A stretch of DNA of 59,865 bases, filler included, from Basidiobolus ranarum (lineage: Eukaryota): assembly GCA_040143965.1 (NCBI GenBank). It is 4 parts of 4 records of this genome, joined end to end, with 100 filler letters (N's around TTAATTAATTAA, not from the genome) between each part and the next. Parts side by side here need not be neighbours in the genome. Positions count along the whole stretch, not along the records: positions 30,020 to 44,902 come from JASJQH010000407.1; positions 45,003 to 59,865 come from JASJQH010000408.1; 2 more parts are not named here. One strand, given 5' to 3'. Position numbers and translations under genes: made by a program. Positions within the stretch are counted from its first letter, which is position 1. Each line of letters begins with the position of its first letter. Below the pieces are notes generated by a model. That model saw nothing but the letters and a program-made list of their open reading frames with translations. It was not told where the DNA came from and made no database searches. Of the stretch, positions 38,500 through 49,203 are shown piece after piece.

Positions 38500-38837
38500 T
38501 ATATAATGGCCCTGACATATATTACGAATAACACTCAGAATTGTCGTACTCAAATAGATTAATACACATGTGAGTTGATCATTGGCAACTGATACAAGAA
38601 GATATGTGGGTTGAAGGGCCGACTTTTTGCCTGCTCAGTCCAATTGAACACGTTTGGGCTTATTGGGAAAGACGCATTGAAGGCTGTAGAAATCAAAAAT
38701 CAAAAACGTTGATAAATTAGCCCTGCATGGTTAGTGGTATGTGATACCTTCATCATTTTTAGAAATATTGGTGGGAGGCATGAACTCCCGATATAAGGCT
38801 GTTATCGAGGCTAAAGATGGCAATACGCGAAAGATAA
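38500..38837 (+). mobile_element. Tc1/mariner (IS630-family) transposase C-terminal remnant
   Basis: Frameshifted FLPAQS..PIEHVWAYWERRI and LVGGMNSRYKAVIEAKDGNT correspond to the Tc1 motifs WPxQSPDLNPIExVW and LVxSMPxRxxAVIxAKGGxT. Confidence 0.8.
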
Positions 38838-40450
38838 GAGGCGTTCTGAAGTAAGTAGTCTTCATCTCTATCCATCATATATCCGGTCTAATTTTTTTCC
38901 TTCTAGTTCTACACATGACTGATAGCCTTATACTGTTCATCAATTCCCTGAACTTACGCAAAAAAAGGACAAAAAATCATAGGGGAACTGACGAACAACA
39001 GTCAAAGAACTTGAAGGTGTGATTTTGTAACCTTCGATCAATTCATGGGTCAACTATCCTTCAACTGACACATAAATAGTGCTCCCTTTGACAACTCTAA
39101 ATAAAAGAATCACCGTTAACAATATGTTTAAATCTATTAAGTTCTTTTATTTATAAGGAGCTTAATAATTATTTTGCTCTTGTTACCTTGACTATTTTCA
39201 CAAGGTTGACTTTTGTTACATTATCGAGCTATCTTCGTACCTCAATTTTATTTAAAAACGTCCCAAACCCAACCTAGAATACTGTAGCAAGCGTGCAGGC
39301 ACAGTCATACTGACCCTGCATGATAAAAACTAGCAACTGACAAAAGAGATTGTGGTCTATCACCAATGATACATAGCCAAGCCAAATATTTTAGATGCAC
39401 CCCATTCACCTGTTTCTGATCGCAGTATTGTATTAGAGCAAGTTGTGTGTGAATTAAAACTGGTACCGAACCGTCATTACTAAATATGCTACTAACAGTG
39501 CTCAAAATTCTATTCTATTAGAGTATTTCCGCGATTTGTCTCATGTAGTCCCTTGAGATTTTTTTTAATCAACCGTAACGTATGAATGGTCGCAGTTGCC
39601 ACATGTCTTTGCCGTGACTTTTGAACAAAGCTCAATGACAATGCACCCAGCTTCTGATTACATGGGATTACTGTGGATGTGAGGCATTTTCCCAAAACGA
39701 GTAATTCCTACTAGCCGTGCCCCAGCTTATGTAACGCTTATCAACCATAAATAAAGTGTATATTGGGCATTCAAAGGCAGGATAATACATTCTAAGATGG
39801 ATGCCTAATCCTCTGGGATTACACCATCTCTAGTTGGTGATTTACAGGGTGACGGCTGACCAAATTAATTCAGGAACCGATCAATGCTACATGGGTCAGA
39901 TGCGATAGTAGGTGCTGGTGTCTATTCACCTACTGTCTGGCTTGTTCGACACGCTTCAATCATCAGTGAAGAGGAAAACGTTTTAGCGATACCCATTTAG
40001 TCCAAATCATTGGCTTAGAGTTAGGTCTAAACCTAAATTGCAGGAAACTAATATTCATAAATAGTGATTCTTTAAGCTTACAAAGGATTAGTTCAAGTAT
40101 ATCTTTTGCATAATATTCAGTACAAGTGTTTCATATAGATTTATGTACTTTCGGCAACTAGCCAATGAGAGGTACCGCACTCAACGAATGAGGGCCTTGT
40201 TTTGCGTCGGGAACGTATGCTCTTGGCTGCTGTGAAAGCTATCCAAACACACTAATGCCGGTTCTATATACTTTTGTGGCAAAAGCTCTTATCGTAGAAC
40301 CGGAAAAGTTATTTCATATCCGGGTGGTCGAGTCATGGTCAAGGCACTTGTTTTCTCTCCAGTTGCCAGTTTCTCACATATAAAACGTACCTGGGGATTC
40401 ATAAATTTCCATACCTGTGCGTTCATCATTCTCTTTTGTGTTACTTGGTA

Positions 40451-42380
40451 ATGGCTACTATCAGTATGTATGCACCCAAGGATGCACCTCATCTGGAGGA
40501 GTCCATTGGGAATTTCTTCCCTGATTCTGTTGCTGAAAAGGCTTTAGTTCGAAAGATAGACAAGAAGTTGATTCCTTTCCTTTCTATGCTTAATGTTTGT
40601 TCATTCCTGGACCGTGTGAATATTGGTATGTGCTACTGGTAAATTTCAATGCCTCCGTCATTTTCTGTATCTAACTTGGTTTTCGGTAGGAAATGCCAAA
40701 CTCGCCCACATTGACCACGACCTCGGTTTAACCCCAAACCAGTTCAGTTGGTCCTTGTCTATATTTTTCATCGGTTACGTGAGTAGAATTTAAAGAATTT
40801 ACTCGGTTATTGTAAAAATATTACTAATTAGTTCATTGAATTGATATTTATTTCATAGGTTATCTTCGAAGTGTAAGTGTCTTCCATATTTGTCTATCGA
40901 ATGAGAGTTTACTAAGCCTGATACATCTGTAGTCCTTCAAATATTATCCTGAAAAAGATCGGCCCTTCAAGATGGATTCCAATTGTCATGATAACATGGG
41001 CCATAATAATGATGTGCATTGCTGCTGTAAGAAACGCATCCGGCCTTATAGCATCTAGATTTTTCTTAGGAGTAGCAGAAGGTACGGTCTGAGCTGCCCA
41101 TAGATACTTTACTTTAAGAAGCTACTACCGAGCCTAATCCTACCTCTTTCTTTAGCTGGTCTGGTTCCTGGCATAGTATTTTATCTCTCTCTATGGTACA
41201 CACGGCAAGAGCAGGTGCTCCGTATCGCAATTTCCTATAGTGCAACTATCATTGCTGGTGCCTTCGGTGGCTTGTTAGCTTACGGCATTATCCAAATGAA
41301 TGGAGTGAGTCATTTAACTGGTTGGCAATGGCTATTCATCATTGAGTAAGTTTATTTAAAGATGAGAATATATCTTCGTTGAACACTGACTAATACTAGT
41401 TATTTTGTCCCATAGAGGATTGCCAACACTAATTCTTGGCATTGCAGCATATTTCTACCTTCCAGACTTTCCGGAAACTGCATCCTTTCTTACTAAACAG
41501 GAGCGTAACCTCTTGATAGATCGCCTAAAGCACGATGCTGGCCCTGCTTCTGAAACCGAATTTTCCTGGAAACAGTTCAAAGATGCTTTCATAGACTGGA
41601 AGGTTTATTTTCATATCATCATATATATATCTAGTTCCGTCTCGTTATACAGTTTAAGTTTGTTCTTACCAAGTATCATCGGAGGTATGGGATATACAAA
41701 CTTAACAGCTCAATTGATGTCAGCACCTCCATATGCTGTTGCTTGTGTTTTTACTATCCTCGTTTCCCTTCATTCTAATCGTAAAAGAGAGCGCGGCCTT
41801 CATGTTGCTGCTTGGATGTTCGTTGGAATGCTAGGCTATCTATTGCTTATCTTCTTGAGACATCAAGGTCCAACTGCATTGTATATTGCAGCAATCATCA
41901 CAACCACTGGTGTGTTCGCGAACGTTCCTAGTATGTTATCTTGGTTTACCAATAATATTGGCGGACATACCAAGAGAGGAGTAGCCACTGCACTCATAAT
42001 CTCATGTGGTACCATCGGTGGTGCTTTTGGTGGTCAGGTATATGAGTACCGCTACTGATCATATTAAAACCTTTAAATATCATGCTGAACTATTGTTAAA
42101 TGTAACAGGTCTACCGAGTGGACGATGCACCGCTTTATGTTCGTGGGCATGCTATTTGTATGGCATGCATGGCATTGGGTTGGTCTACTGCCTTACTTTT
42201 CAAGTGGTTGCTGATCAATGAGAATATGAGGCGCGATGCATTGACACCTGCGCAGTACGAGGAAGAGAGTCTTCGGCTTGAACCAGCTGATTGGGTAAGT
42301 TCTAATGATGTCTTATTTCAAGTTACATTACTGAAAATACTTATATTAAACAGCATCCTGATTTCCGCTATATTTCGTAA
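40451..42380 (+). CDS. MFS transporter, anion:cation symporter (Dal5/Tna1-like) family
   Basis: ALVRKIDKKLIP, FLDRVNIGNAK, EVPSN, RFFLGVAEAG, GWQWLFIIEG, NNIGGHTKRG and HPDFRY*. About 9 exons, including a 14-nt microexon. Confidence 0.92.
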
Positions 42381-42694
42381 TCTAAATTGGCAGATATGCA
42401 GCAACCTCAGTTATTGGTGGTTGAGACTAAATCATTTGTAAATAAGTTTATTGCGTTTGTAAGATGGTATGTCCTTCAAGTCATATGTTTGTATGGATAT
42501 CCCTTCATATTAACATAAAGTTACGGCAACAGTAACATGTGTTTTCTATGCCAAATTATTCTTGGAAATACCTGATGCTACAATGATGACGGTACTGTAT
42601 CAGTTGATGATTGAACATAATTTGATTCAGTAGTATTAAGTGCTTGATTATACACCAGTGCTTATAATTGATTCATTTTTTTGCTTGCATTTTT

Positions 42695-43043
42695 TGTTTA
42701 AGTATTTTGGGAGCCTGTTGGAAGTGGTTTGGAGAAATAGAGAAATTGGTGGTTTTCACTTATTAATTTATTGAGTATTCAGTTGACATTTATGGTTTTG
42801 TCAAGATGTTAGCAAACCAACATGTAGAATGTGTTAAGGAAGGTCCCAAGAACATGTGAGTAAAGTTTGGGGCTTCTAGCACAAGTTAGAATACTTTTAC
42901 CAACTTAGAAGTTCTCAGATATATAGATATTTCAAAGTAAACTCTAATTGAGAATAATGAGTGATATCTTAGTGGAATATAAAACAACTAAATACTTAGC
43001 TATATATGACTTTATGGGCTTGTAGACAATGCTAATTTCAATA
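42695..43043 (+). mobile_element. Solo LTR copy 3
   Basis: TGTTTAAGTATTTTGGGAG...ATGCTAATTTCAATA, colinear with copy 1 except for internal inversions. Confidence 0.8.
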
Positions 43044-43151
43044 CTCTCCATCAACTAAATAGTCATATAAACTAATACTAAGGAAGCTCTAAATTTCTCA
43101 AAGTTATGCCTAGCTAATGATTTGGTTAATATATCAGCAATCATATTTTAG

Positions 43152-43477
43152 GTAGTAATGAAAACGGCAACGGTAGCAGTGGCTTTAGTAATGGAGGAGA
43201 TAATTGAAACGGAAATGGCAATAATGGAGACCTCACTTATAATTCTGGAAAGAGTGGTAGTGGAATCGGTGCTGGAAATAGTTATTCCGACAACAGAGGA
43301 GACAATGGCAATGGTGGTGAAGGAGCTGGCCCTTATGAAGCTTGAAGTAGTTGAGACAATGGAAATGTCAATGGTGGCCATGAAGCTGGTACCTACGATA
43401 CTGGAGCGGGTGAAAATGGCAATGGTGATAGTAGCAGTGGTTCTGGCAATGGAGGAAATAGTGGTGGTGTTCCATGA
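43152..43477 (+). pseudogene. Gly/Asn/Ser-rich terminal exon with three in-frame TGA codons
   Basis: Follows a TTTTAG acceptor. The frame reads GSNENGNGSSG...GDNGNGGEGAG...GSGNGGNSGGVP* with TGA at 43205, 43343 and 43352. Confidence 0.6.
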
Positions 43478-44741
43478 ATGAAGCAACAAGTTGCGTTCAT
43501 CTAATACTATGAAGAGTACTATACTGATGTGAGAACCAGTAGCGTGGTTTTGATCGATAAATTTGGGAGTAACCTAATTTGGAAATACCGAATTGCTCAT
43601 AATGATATATCATCGCAATCCTCACGCTTTCTTTCAATTCAGTGCTTTATGCCCTATAGAAGGAAAATTTTCTTATTGGAGTAGGTAGTAGGTAAGCAGA
43701 TTAGGAAATTAGAAGCGCCATACCTAACGTTTGCTTTTCATTGGCATTTCGAACACGAACTGAATAGCCCTACCAAATCAACAATATGAATAATCCTTGG
43801 ATTGACTCTATTTGCTGCCAGGTAACAATCAAGGAATATCTGATACGGTTTCTTCGAATTTCTGGCGGTTTCTTTGCCGTTGCGCAACTAGATTTCCTCA
43901 CATTCTACACCAGATAACTCCATTTTATTGGACCGTTGCGTGTGTCCCGAGTATCACGTAATTGCTGAGAGGTTGTTTTTCATCTTCATTCAGCTCTTCT
44001 CTAGACTGGAACTATTCCTTCTATACTATATCGGGAGTCACGTATTTCCACCTACCGCATTGAAGGATCTTCGGCCATCGAGTCAGATAGAAATCTATAG
44101 CTATTTGCTGGACTTCATCTAAACCGTAAAATATTGATATATCGCCACCAGATGGCTTTGTGATTAAGTTCTTTTCATTCGTTGAATTCCAGATGTCTCT
44201 TTCCCATTGGAAAGTGCAATACAGTTTTCTCTGGACTTATCGATCTGAGTGCAGCCACGTAACATGCTACAAGCACCATAATTCTCGGTACGTTGCGGTA
44301 TTGACCTACCCTATGATAGTTGACTGATAAGGAAATCGTAGTCAATCTTCCTGAAGTAGTAGTATAGTATTAGCTTGACAAATACCGCCGGTGGTCGTGA
44401 GTTTGTTCTACTTTCAATTCATTCGCAAGGACTAGCCAGATGAGTGTCATGCCCCACAGTGGGTAGCATTGAGCCCTATCATGTCTAATTAGAACCAAAT
44501 GAAAACTGATGTGCCTGGAAAGTATAGCAAAGTAGTCCTGGTTCTAGAGCCGGAGGTTTTTAGAACCGAAGGTTAGGTGCGAAACTAATTGCGCTAATTG
44601 GTACATCAGTTGGTTGGAATTTAGCAAGTAGATATGCATGGTACCAATATGGATTGGAAAAGCCAAAAGCGCATGGTGGGTGGGAGCTATATATAAGCAT
44701 ATCACAGAGATCATGCCACATTAGTTTACTATCTAAAAATC

Positions 44742-44902
44742 ATGTTGTGGAAACCGATTGTGTTAGCTGTTGCTGCCCTACTACCTTTAAGCGTCAATTC
44801 TGATGCGATTGATATGTGGATGTCACTTCCTCGCCTTCCTACGCTTTTCACTAGCTTTCAACCTTCTCTGGAAGTTGCTGAGGGACACGATCCGAATTAC
44901 TC
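44742..44902 (+). CDS. Secreted protein, N-terminus only (cut by contig end)
   Basis: TATATATAAG at ~44689, AAAATCATG start context, and signal-peptide-like MLWKPIVLAVAALLPLSVNS. Confidence 0.6.
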
Positions 44903-45002
44903 NNNNNNNNNNNNNNNNNNNNNNNNNNNNNNNNNNNNNNNNNNNNTTAATTAATTAANNNNNNNNNNNNNNNNNNNNNNNNNNNNNNNNNNNNNNNNNN
45001 NN
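44903..45002. other. Artificial contig spacer
   Basis: N44-TTAATTAATTAA-N44. Confidence 0.98.
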
Positions 45003-46805
45003 CCAACCAGTACTACCCGATACCACTCTACTCCATATAGATTGGACCGTCGTTTGGAGGCGGCGGGCTTTGGTGCATATAAGTCGGAAGATTTGTTCAC
45101 GCTTCCATCATATTAAACCGATAAAGTACCGTAAGTAGTTAATACAACATCTGTATCACTACAGAGTTCGCCAATATCTTTTGCTCGATCTCCACCATAA
45201 TAAACCTTAACTCTAAGTGTGCCCGGTTCAAATGCATGAAGGATTTCATCGCGCCATTGAGATAAAAGACTCATCGGGCACACAACCAGGGTCGCTGGTG
45301 TAAATGGCAATCTGGCCTTGTTTAAGGAATTGGTTGAATCTTTGTCTGATTTTGAGAGATCAAAGAAATTGTGAGGAGTGGTTTTGATGGACTCTATAGA
45401 AGACTCATCGGATTCTATATAGCGATTCGTATGAATTAGGGATAATGTTTCTAGGGTTTTGCCAAGTCCCATTTCATCAGCCAATATGCCACCTCTATAT
45501 GTTTGATCTAATGTCGGTAAATCTAAACTCAGCTCTCCAGTGTACGGATTTAGATAAAATCGCTGTTCTTCTCCAGGAGTTGAGTCCTCATTTTCGCAGG
45601 GGAAAATGTATGTATGCCACAATAAAGACAGTGTTTTGTTGTCGGCATATGAATTCTCTTTAGACGTCATCCACGAGAGAGCCTATAAATAGTATATGAA
45701 TGTATTGTATTTTAGAGAAAAATGTAATTTCAAACTCACTTGCTTCTGGTATCCTCTCAATTCAACGGTCATTCCAGCAGATGGCTCCATTTCTTCCAAA
45801 CGCACATCCGCTTTTTGTGCTTTTTCGTAAAGTAAATTCATTTCTGTCTCTGATATTTGCTTTTCTTCATCCTCATCATTCTCATTTTCGTCAGTGGAGG
45901 TGATATCTTTTGATGCTGGAGGCTCGATGTTTCCTATTAAGCCGTCGTAATCTAATGTTGTATTTTTTGCCGATGAATTTGAGGTAACTGGATGTAACGA
46001 TATAGCTTTAAATAATGATAACATTGCAAATTTACGCTCTTTCAGCAACGAATCCTCATCATCATCTGTCATCGCTGAAACGGTTGGTGCTGACAAAACC
46101 TCTTTTGTTAAGTATATTTTGAGTTGCATTATCACATCATCCATCATACGAACATCTTCAGGTGCTGAAATAATCTTCAGAAGCGGAAAAGAGAGACTTA
46201 GTAGAAGTTGACGATTGATAGAAAGTCTGAAATAATACCTTTCCAACCATGTAACATATACCCAAATCAAAAAGCTTGGAAATAAATTTGCTTGTATCTG
46301 AAGGCAGTTTTCCAACCTCTCGCCCTCCAATTGTAAGTCTTACGATGGTGTTTTGAGAATTCTTTGCTGCATTAGAGCCAAAATTGAATTTTTTCTTAGA
46401 ATTTCTAGCCTTGGCTACTGTAGGCTTTGCTCTTTCTATATTGACAGTTTCGCCTTCTTTGAAGATGTTCTTCCCTTTTGTCATCGAGAAAGCAACTAAA
46501 ATCATGTCTCCAATATACTTTGGCCATTTATCTTCACGAACAGGCTTCTTACGTGGAGAAGAAGGAATGGATTGCTTACGCTTTAAAGGTACTGTCGAAT
46601 CAAGTTTTGCTTTTTCAGAGAGTTTTACATCTTTCTCCAACTTTTTATAAATATCTGGACACTCGAAATATTTGTTTATCGCCAGATTTAAGTCTCCGTT
46701 AGCCTCATTCCACAAGTTTCCTAAGTCGAGCTTTGAAACTACTTCGGAACCTAATATGGAGGTTAATGATTTTGAAAGCTCATTGGAAGAACCTTCTGAG
46801 TGCAT
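45003..46805 (-). CDS. RAD5: Rad5/HLTF DNA repair SNF2 helicase, 5' half (cut by contig edge)
   Basis: N-terminal UBA-like segment (GDLNLAINKYF), HIRAN domain (KYIG...IVR...REVGKLP), LRGYQKQALSWM, FYLNPYTGELSL, GGILADEMGLGKT, TLVVCPMSLLSQW and EWYRVVL. There is an in-frame TAA at 45113-45115. Confidence 0.92.
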
Positions 46806-49203
46806 ATTACTTGAAAGAGGTGGACTTGTCACAGATATCAATGAGAAGTTCGAGTTTCAACATCAAGCGTGATTATTTTGTTTTGGAGTGAAAAATACAC
46901 TTGTATTTTCTACTAATTGTTATCAATTTGCTATTGCGCATTAATATTTTGATTAATAATATTTCTCAAATTATTTAATTCTGTTGTTAAAATATTTCTA
47001 TTTGCCAGTCACATCATAATTGCCGCAGCTTTCATTCAGGATTGGTGTTGGAGATAATCAATCTGCGAGTTGGCTATGTATCTAAATGCTTGATTTGTCT
47101 ATCTAATTAATATGGGCTATTACAAAAGATTTAGAAAACAACGCTAGTGTAGTTTGTTGCTATTGTTGATTGTTTTCGCTGTTTGGCTTGATCAGGTCTC
47201 TGGTCTTACTAGATGCTGCACTCGGGATTTCCAGTAATCCCATAATGTTCGCATTGACTCATTCCCACAATACCAATTCACTTGCCAGTGTTCTAGATTG
47301 GTTCTATCGAGAATTCAAACAGCAATTGAATGACTCATTTTAAAGCTCATCGAAAATCCTCCTGCAAATATTACCTAAAATCATAGACATCCTCAAGACA
47401 GGTTATAGTGATTATATATGTTGTATGAATGTATTTATTCGTGCACACAATATCGTCCCTATTATACTTGTATAATTAGATGATTGGATACAGTTTTCAA
47501 GTCGAGTTATAAAAGATGACTTCTTGGTACAAGATAATATCATACAGCTTCGAACATGTATATCACTTTGATGTTTGATTAGGATCAGTGGAGGTTGTAG
47601 CCAACCGGCCAGGTATTGTCATATCGAAGCATGGGATACTCATTAAGCTATTCTTACAATGTACAGCAAACTCTTTTTGGAACAGATGCTTGAGATTGCA
47701 ATGCCAACGCAAGTACACCTTTTTCCTGACATATGGGAAATGAAACATTCATCACATTAAATGAAAATCCCGACTTTTACACAAGTTTACCTTGATGGCT
47801 TGGTTCCATTGCCAGGAAGATTCTCCACTTTGAAGTCGAGTCTCTTAAATCTCTTGTGTAAAAGTTCCAACTATAGTACTTGGTTTGTTGCTTTTACTAG
47901 TTCGCTTCAGGTCTAGTTTTTGAATCGTATATCAAATATGTCTTATCTATAGGGTCAATTTCAATAATTTAATCGGTTTGAACATAGGGTGCAATTGGCC
48001 TTAGGTTCCATTTGAATAAAACTCTGTAACGTAGCGCAGTACGGTCGTAGTTCTTTAATTTAATCAGGAGCTATACATACTTCTGGTCAAGATGTACTTG
48101 TATACAATAAGATGCAATAGACTTTGCTTGATTCCAGTCGATTGACCGACTCGAATGCGTGCTCATGGGTACTCGTTATGCTAAAGTAGTTGCCTATCAG
48201 ATCTTGTCTAAATTAGCATATATTAACTATTTGGCAGTGGTGATCGTATTCTGTGTTCGGATATTCTCATGAATAAAACAACAGTAAGCAACCAGGCCTC
48301 TGGTTACAAAATCTTACGCATTCTAGATACTGCCTTCGTGACCAGGACGACAAGATCAAATCGGCACCGCTTCTTACTTGATACATGATATTAATTATCC
48401 TTATCCAGAGACGTTAATCTCAAGCTTAAAGTAGAGCAATCATGACCATGCGCGTGAAGGGCGCATATCGTTTATCCCTTAGAAATATAGTTGGAGCTGA
48501 TGACCTACTCCAATTTGAAGGGTTCTGCCCAAGGGAATCCCATATCTGCTATGGTGGTGGGAGAGACCGTAGTGGTCCTGTAAATACCTCTTGAAGTTGG
48601 GCAGTAGATGGGTTCGATGCATGGCATAATCATTACTTTACCCCTTTTTGGGCACCAGTCTGAGTTCCCAAAGAAAAGAATTTATCCAATTTAAGCGAAC
48701 CTTTAATGCTTACAGACCTGTTTACTGAGTGCACGACATTTCATCTAGCTAATAATGGATTCCAAGGCAGATGAACATCTTTCAAGCTGGATACCGTCGG
48801 TTCTCATTAAAAAAGTGACTTCTTTCCCATCCACCGTTCCCTCGTAGATGAATCATTCCAGTGTTGCGACACTGGAGATGTAAACATAGGATGCTGATCT
48901 ACTTGGAAGATTCTACCCAAGAGGGTGGGGCCGAATTAATCATAATACTAAAATAGCAAATGATGATCGTAAGCCCAAAAAGGTAAGATTAAAGTGCCTT
49001 GAGGCCATCACAAAGGAGTGAATGGTGCTAAGGTGGTATCAAACCAACAAGCTGACAGGAAAATGGAGGTATCTGCTTCTTCACTATCTTAATTAGACAG
49101 TCATTAGCCAATCCCTTCGGAAATGCTGGTCCCCTCCACAATGCTATTTAAGTCTACACACCAACTGGGCATTCTTTAGAACAAAAACATTCTCTCAGCT
49201 ATC

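Noticed and set aside
43148-43489. ORFs 43158-43481 (+, Met/Val-rich) and 43148-43489 (-, Ile/Thr/Ser-rich)
   Set aside because: Shadow frames of the Gly/Asn-rich codon repeats.
14912-45002. Thrice-repeated TTAATTAATTAA palindrome and ORFs ending in X...LIN
   Set aside because: Artificial contig linkers, not biology.
7057-45115. Alternative genetic code (TAA read as sense) suggested by stops in the CreA-like gene and RAD5
   Set aside because: RPN6, RPN7 and the MFS gene end with TAA at their conserved C-termini, and long conserved exons have no internal stops.
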